The notes under the pieces: generated by a model | Databases searched by the model: none | What the model was told of the DNA's origin: nothing | What the model saw: only the letters and a program-made list of their open reading frames with translations | Source of the DNA: an uncultured Anaerolineaceae bacterium | Lineage (GTDB): Bacteria > Chloroflexota > Anaerolineae > Anaerolineales > UBA4823 | Direction of reading: 5' to 3' | NCBI GenBank assembly: GCA_964633225.1 | Contig: CAZWFQ010000001.1 | Span: 137,477 to 201,476, forward strand | Length of the DNA stretch: 64,000 bases | Translations under genes and position numbers: made by a program | Part shown: positions 60,149 through 64,000 of the stretch, piece after piece | Position numbering within the stretch: the stretch's first letter is position 1 | How the letters are laid out: each line of letters starts with the position of its first letter

Positions 60149-63100
60149 TTACTTAAGCTCGATCTCCCAGACATGGACGTGGGCAGGCTCTTGCTGGTTG
60201 AGATCGTAGAATTCCAGGCGCAGCTTGATGGCGGTGACGGGCTGGTTGAAGGACATCTCAGCCAGGGGTTGCTCCACTGTGCCCTGGATGGTGGTTTCGT
60301 AGGTCTGGGGGTCAGCATCTGGGCTGGCGTAAGCCAGTGCCACCAGGCGCATGTTGGCGCTGCCGATGGTGGCGGTAAGCCCGCTGATGGTGCGGTTGCT
60401 AGGGAAGGTCAGCTCAATCACCAGGGGATTGGCTTCAAGGGTGCGGATCACCGTACCGGGGTTGCCGTCAAATGCCGATGCAGCCTGGCCCATATCTAAG
60501 AGCGAGAATTGCACGGGGATGGACTGCCCATCAATTGAGATCGTATCTTGCTGCAAGACCCGGCGCCGGGCAATTTCTTCAGCCAGCATTTCATCAATGT
60601 TGTCCACATACCGCAGGCGCACAAAGTAAAAGCCAGGCCGCCCATCAGGGTAGGCCAGGGTTTGTTCAACGGTGATATCCTGGAACTTACCACTGCTGGT
60701 GGCACGTTCATACTCTTCGGGGGTCATGACGAAAACGGTGTTCTCGGTCAGCACCAGGTGATTGTTGATGTAGGCGCCGACCACGCCGAGCTGGTAAGGC
60801 GCAGGGTCGGGGGTAAAGAAGCGGGCGACCACGTCGGTGCCGTTGCTCCAATCAGGCGAGACAATGAGACGCGTACCGGGATGGGCATTGGCATAAGTTA
60901 TCACGGCTGGGAAGAGCTGCCGGGCGCCGTACTGCATGCCGCCCAGGGTGTAATCGGTGTACCAGGTTGGGCCTTTGGTGAGGGCATCTTGCAGCATGGC
61001 AAGATTGGTGACCGCCAGGATGGCAGCCAGGAAGATGGAGAGTGCCCGGCTGACATTGGCCGAGGGCGGAAGAACAGCCTCTCCTTCTGCTCCCTTGAAC
61101 AGTGAGAAGGATGAAATGCGAGGCGCAATCCAATCCAAAAGGCGTTCGGCGCCGATGGCGGTGAGCAGCGCAGCCGGGATGACCATGACCAGGATGCGCG
61201 TAATGCCAATCTCAACCAGTGCGGCGCCTGCTGGAGCCGCCAGCAGGGCTGCCAGGATGGCGCGGTGGGCAGGCGAACGCCAATGCTTGAGACAGGCCAG
61301 GATGCCAATGATGATCAGGGGCAGGGTGATGAACGAGATGTGGCCGTAACCTTTCATCAGGTGCCGCACCAGGCCGTTGCCGGCAGGGTTAAACCAGTAA
61401 AGGGGGGTAAGCCCTTTGAGGTATTCTTTGAAATAAGCGCCCAGCTTTTCCAGCGGGCTGAGGGTCGAATACCAGTAAGCGCCCAGGGCTTTCAGGCTGA
61501 CCTCGTTGGCTTCGGGATGAGTGGTCATGAAGCGCAGGTAGGGGACGACCAGCAGGGCCAGCCAGGCCAATGCGCCCACTGCCGCAGGCCGGGTTTCGGG
61601 GCGGCGGAACAGGCTGATGTGGTAGCGCATATCAGACAGCCCCAAGAGAACCCCAGTTACGGCTACCACCATTTGCATGGGGCTGTATGAGTAGAAGGCC
61701 AGCGCCCCGAAGAGCAAAGCAAAGTAAAGCGGGCGAACAGTTTTGCTGCCGGATGTGTTGGGGGATGCGGCTGCGCCTGGAGATGGATTGGAATGATTGG
61801 GCAGGCGGTAGCAGAGATAATAGTAAATAAATAAGGCGTAGAAGGTGACCGCCATGGCATACTCAAAAGCGGTGCGCGAGTGGAGGAACCAGGCCGGGAT
61901 GATTGAGAGGAACAGGGCCCCGCTCCACCAATTCTTTAGCTTGAACGCATCTCGCAAGGTCAGGCTGGCGGCGGCCGCTGCAGCCAGGGTGACGATGGCT
62001 GAGGTGGCTCGGGTGATGAAGACGCTCTTGCCAAAGAGCAGGTAAGACAGCGCGTGAACGTAGACGGTAAAGCCCAGGCGATATTTCCCACCGTTTTCAA
62101 AGAAAGCAGGCAAGAGGTCTTGATCGTAATTCCTAAGCCCATCGCGCAGCAGGTCAGAGGCCAGCATGGTATGGACGGCTTCATCGGTGAAAAAGTAAAT
62201 GGGCCACTCTTGCAGGCCTACCAGGCGGGTGAGCAAGTATATGAAAAGGCCCAGTGCGCAGAGGGTGCCGGCAAGGGAGATGCGCCATGTGGTGGAGCGG
62301 GCAGGCGCCTGGGTGGGAGCAATTGGCGCCGAGACGGCTGAACTCAGCGGCAGTGTGCTGGCAGTCTGGATGTTCACTCGCAGATCGGCGGGTGATGGCT
62401 GGCCGGGTACGCTGCCGGTGGCCTGCGCTGTGACCTGCAAGCCGCTGCCGCCTGGCGGCAGATCGATGTTCAACGCCACGCCTTGCCCGGGTGGAAGACT
62501 GATTGAGAGCGTGATGTTCGCTTCTGCGCCAGGGGCTTCATCATTGTTGGCAGCCTGTTGACCGACGGTGACGGTGTAAGCATGGGATGAAACGACGCCA
62601 GGGACCGCCGCGGGAACGGCAGGAGATGCTTCTGCGGCAGAGGCAGCATCCAAAGAGCGGCTGGCGGCCGCCTCCGGGAGCAGCTCTGGCTGAGCAGCAG
62701 GGATAGCTTGGGCAGCCAGGCGGCGCAGGCTCACACGCCCGATGAAAAGTGCCAGGGCCAGGATGCTGACAGCCAGGCTGATCGCCAGCCCGGCATAAAA
62801 ACTCCCGGGGCGAAAACTGAATTCGTAGTGGTGCAGGCCGGGCTGAATGGCTGTGCCCATGTAGCCGCTGACGTTCAGCAGGGCCTGGGGGTTGCCATCC
62901 ACCGTCACCTGCCAACCGGGGTAGTGGGTAATCAGCAGCACTAACACATCGCCGACCTGTCCAGATGCCATCATCTCGGCGCGGTTGGGGGTTGGAAAAT
63001 GGACCGCTTGTGAAACGACCTGGGCAGGTGTTAACAGGCCCTCGCCAAAAGGACGTTGTAACTCCCTGCCTGCCACGCTGAAAGCCATCGGCAGGGCCTG

Positions 63101-64000
63101 GGGTATGCTGAAGATATTGTAGCCATTCACTTTCGCCACAAACTGTCCACCACTCGGATCGGCCTCATCTTGCGATTGAACGATGTAGTGGGGCGAGGCC
63201 TGTACGGGCCGGGTATTGACGGCACTGCCAGTATCACGAATGTCTGCAAAGTGATACCAGTTCTGAATGAAACGCAGGCCCTGAGAGATGTAAGCATCGG
63301 TCCAGGCGTTGTTGGGGTTGTGGCGGGTGTAATAAGCCTCACCATCCTGCTGGCGCAGCCAACCGGTGACGCTGTAAGCCGGCGCATATTCGTCCTGGGT
63401 GGTGATGATCTGGCGGTTGGTGCGAAAAACATCCATCAGGCCAAGGAGCATGAAAAGGCTCAGGATGACCAGTCCGCTATAGGCCAAGACAGTGTGGTAA
63501 CGTCCCCTGGCTGCCGGGACAGATCCGTCAGTGCGGGCAGCGCCTTCGAATATCCGCCAGAGTGCGTCCAGCCCGATGCCCGCCAGGGTGATGATGGCAA
63601 AGCTGCCAAAAAACAAGATGCGTAAGAGGTGGCGGAATTGGCTGACGAGGCGCGATGTTAACAGGGCCTGGGCCCAGGGCAAGTGCCCGATGCTGATCCA
63701 CCCAACCGCAAGCAGTAAAAGCAGGATGAAGAAAATGAGCACAGCCCGCGGCTGCTTCTTCCATGCCAGCGGCAGCAAAGCCAGGGCCAGGAACGGCGTC
63801 AGACCGATGTAGGCATAGAATTCTTCGCGGGCAGGGAGCTCGCTGTAGGCGTCGGCCCTGGAGGAATCCCTGGATGTGTAGTCGAGAAAAATCTGCTCAA
63901 GGGTGTGCGAGCCTTCTACATTGAGATCTTTGCTGACGCGCGGCCAGAATTGGGCGCTTGGGATGATCTGGACCGCAACCAGGCCCAGGGCGATCAGCGC
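60149..64000 (-). CDS. Giant polytopic membrane protein fusing a YfhO-like module, an ArnT/PMT-like (GT-C) module and a C-terminal beta-sandwich domain; 5' end lies outside the window
   Basis: The track ORF begins at a TTG (63778). My translation of 63779-64000 in the same frame has no stop (ALIALGLVAVQIIPSAQFWPR...), so the gene continues upstream. HYPGWQVTVDGNPQALLNVSGYMGTAIQPGLHHYEFSFRPGSFYAGLAISL is a YfhO-type C-terminus. YFFTDEAVHTMLASDLL plus about 10 TM helices is ArnT/PMT-like. The last ~130 aa look like a galactose-binding-like (F5/8-C-like) domain. Confidence 0.8.
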   Translation of the reverse strand, partial: ALIALGLVAVQIIPSAQFWPRVSKDLNVEGSHTLEQIFLDYTSRDSSRADAYSELPAREEFYAYIGLTPFLALALLPLAWKKQPRAVLIFFILLLLLAVGWISIGHLPWAQALLTSRLVSQFRHLLRILFFGSFAIITLAGIGLDALWRIFEGAARTDGSVPAARGRYHTVLAYSGLVILSLFMLLGLMDVFRTNRQIITTQDEYAPAYSVTGWLRQQDGEAYYTRHNPNNAWTDAYISQGLRFIQNWYHFADIRDTGSAVNTRPVQASPHYIVQSQDEADPSGGQFVAKVNGYNIFSIPQALPMAFSVAGRELQRPFGEGLLTPAQVVSQAVHFPTPNRAEMMASGQVGDVLVLLITHYPGWQVTVDGNPQALLNVSGYMGTAIQPGLHHYEFSFRPGSFYAGLAISLAVSILALALFIGRVSLRRLAAQAIPAAQPELLPEAAASRSLDAASAAEASPAVPAAVPGVVSSHAYTVTVGQQAANNDEAPGAEANITLSISLPPGQGVALNIDLPPGGSGLQVTAQATGSVPGQPSPADLRVNIQTASTLPLSSAVSAPIAPTQAPARSTTWRISLAGTLCALGLFIYLLTRLVGLQEWPIYFFTDEAVHTMLASDLLRDGLRNYDQDLLPAFFENGGKYRLGFTVYVHALSYLLFGKSVFITRATSAIVTLAAAAAASLTLRDAFKLKNWWSGALFLSIIPAWFLHSRTAFEYAMAVTFYALFIYYYLCYRLPNHSNPSPGAAASPNTSGSKTVRPLYFALLFGALAFYSYSPMQMVVAVTGVLLGLSDMRYHISLFRRPETRPAAVGALAWLALLVVPYLRFMTTHPEANEVSLKALGAYWYSTLSPLEKLGAYFKEYLKGLTPLYWFNPAGNGLVRHLMKGYGHISFITLPLIIIGILACLKHWRSPAHRAILAALLAAPAGAALVEIGITRILVMVIPAALLTAIGAERLLDWIAPRISSFSLFKGAEGEAVLPPSANVSRALSIFLAAILAVTNLAMLQDALTKGPTWYTDYTLGGMQYGARQLFPAVITYANAHPGTRLIVSPDWSNGTDVVARFFTPDPAPYQLGVVGAYINNHLVLTENTVFVMTPEEYERATSSGKFQDITVEQTLAYPDGRPGFYFVRLRYVDNIDEMLAEEIARRRVLQQDTISIDGQSIPVQFSLLDMGQAASAFDGNPGTVIRTLEANPLVIELTFPSNRTISGLTATIGSANMRLVALAYASPDADPQTYETTIQGTVEQPLAEMSFNQPVTAIKLRLEFYDLNQQEPAHVHVWEIELK

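Noticed and set aside
1-64000. CRISPR arrays, tRNA/rRNA genes, IS elements, integrases, prophage genes, toxin-antitoxin pairs or known defence systems
   Set aside because: No intergenic spacer exceeds about 500 nt, and the largest is fully explained by the T-box leader plus two promoters. I saw no direct-repeat arrays and no nuclease, RT, transposase or recombinase motifs in any ORF. This is a by-eye assessment only. A run of tRNAscan, CRISPR finders, DefenseFinder or PADLOC would be the decisive check.

Overview
Overview: this is a gene-dense, moderately GC-rich chromosomal segment with about 53 protein-coding genes and very short spacers. Several gene pairs share 4-nt ATGA overlaps. I found no rRNA, tRNA, CRISPR array, transposase, integrase, prophage or recognisable defence-system genes.

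Gene content is mostly core functions:
- DNA repair: uvrA.
- Translation and tRNA modification: pheST behind a T-box leader, tsaC, tsaD, mtaB, ybeY, selA and an ABC-F ATPase.
- Methionine and folate cycle: metH, a HAM1-like NTPase and a yitJ-like Hcy-methyltransferase/MTHFR fusion.
- Propionyl-CoA to succinyl-CoA route: acyl-CoA carboxylase genes, methylmalonyl-CoA epimerase and a mutase large subunit lacking a B12 domain.
- Tungstate uptake: mop-tupABC with a divergent GntR/PBP regulator.
- Coenzyme A: coaX.
- Envelope genes: two tandem LCP ligases, an LtaS-like enzyme and a giant GT-C fusion.
- Signalling genes: one Hanks kinase, two tandem histidine kinases, a PgpH-like HD phosphohydrolase and a CYTH enzyme.

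Lineage: the content suggests a monoderm-type lineage such as Chloroflexota (Anaerolineae-like). This is inference only. It rests on the LCP, LtaS-like and YfhO-like enzymes, the T-box, the Firmicute-like yqfF-ybeY-dgkA synteny, the split mutase, and the many TPR and kinase genes.

Best candidates for something undescribed:
1. A TPR / Ser-Thr kinase / two-lipoprotein string (35879-40591). The kinase ectodomain is re-encoded twice as free-standing secreted copies.
2. A single ORF of more than 1280 aa that fuses two GT-C membrane glycosyltransferase-like modules and a C-terminal beta-sandwich (60149-64000, running off the window).
3. A Cys-dense Fe-S protein containing CFCCDCCC (5616-6413).
4. 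An ASKHA/DUF1786-like ATPase divergent from the B12 mutase (12784-13944).
5. Sequence-level evidence for extended -10 promoters and for leaderless mRNAs.

Limits: every functional call comes from motif recognition by eye. No database search was run.
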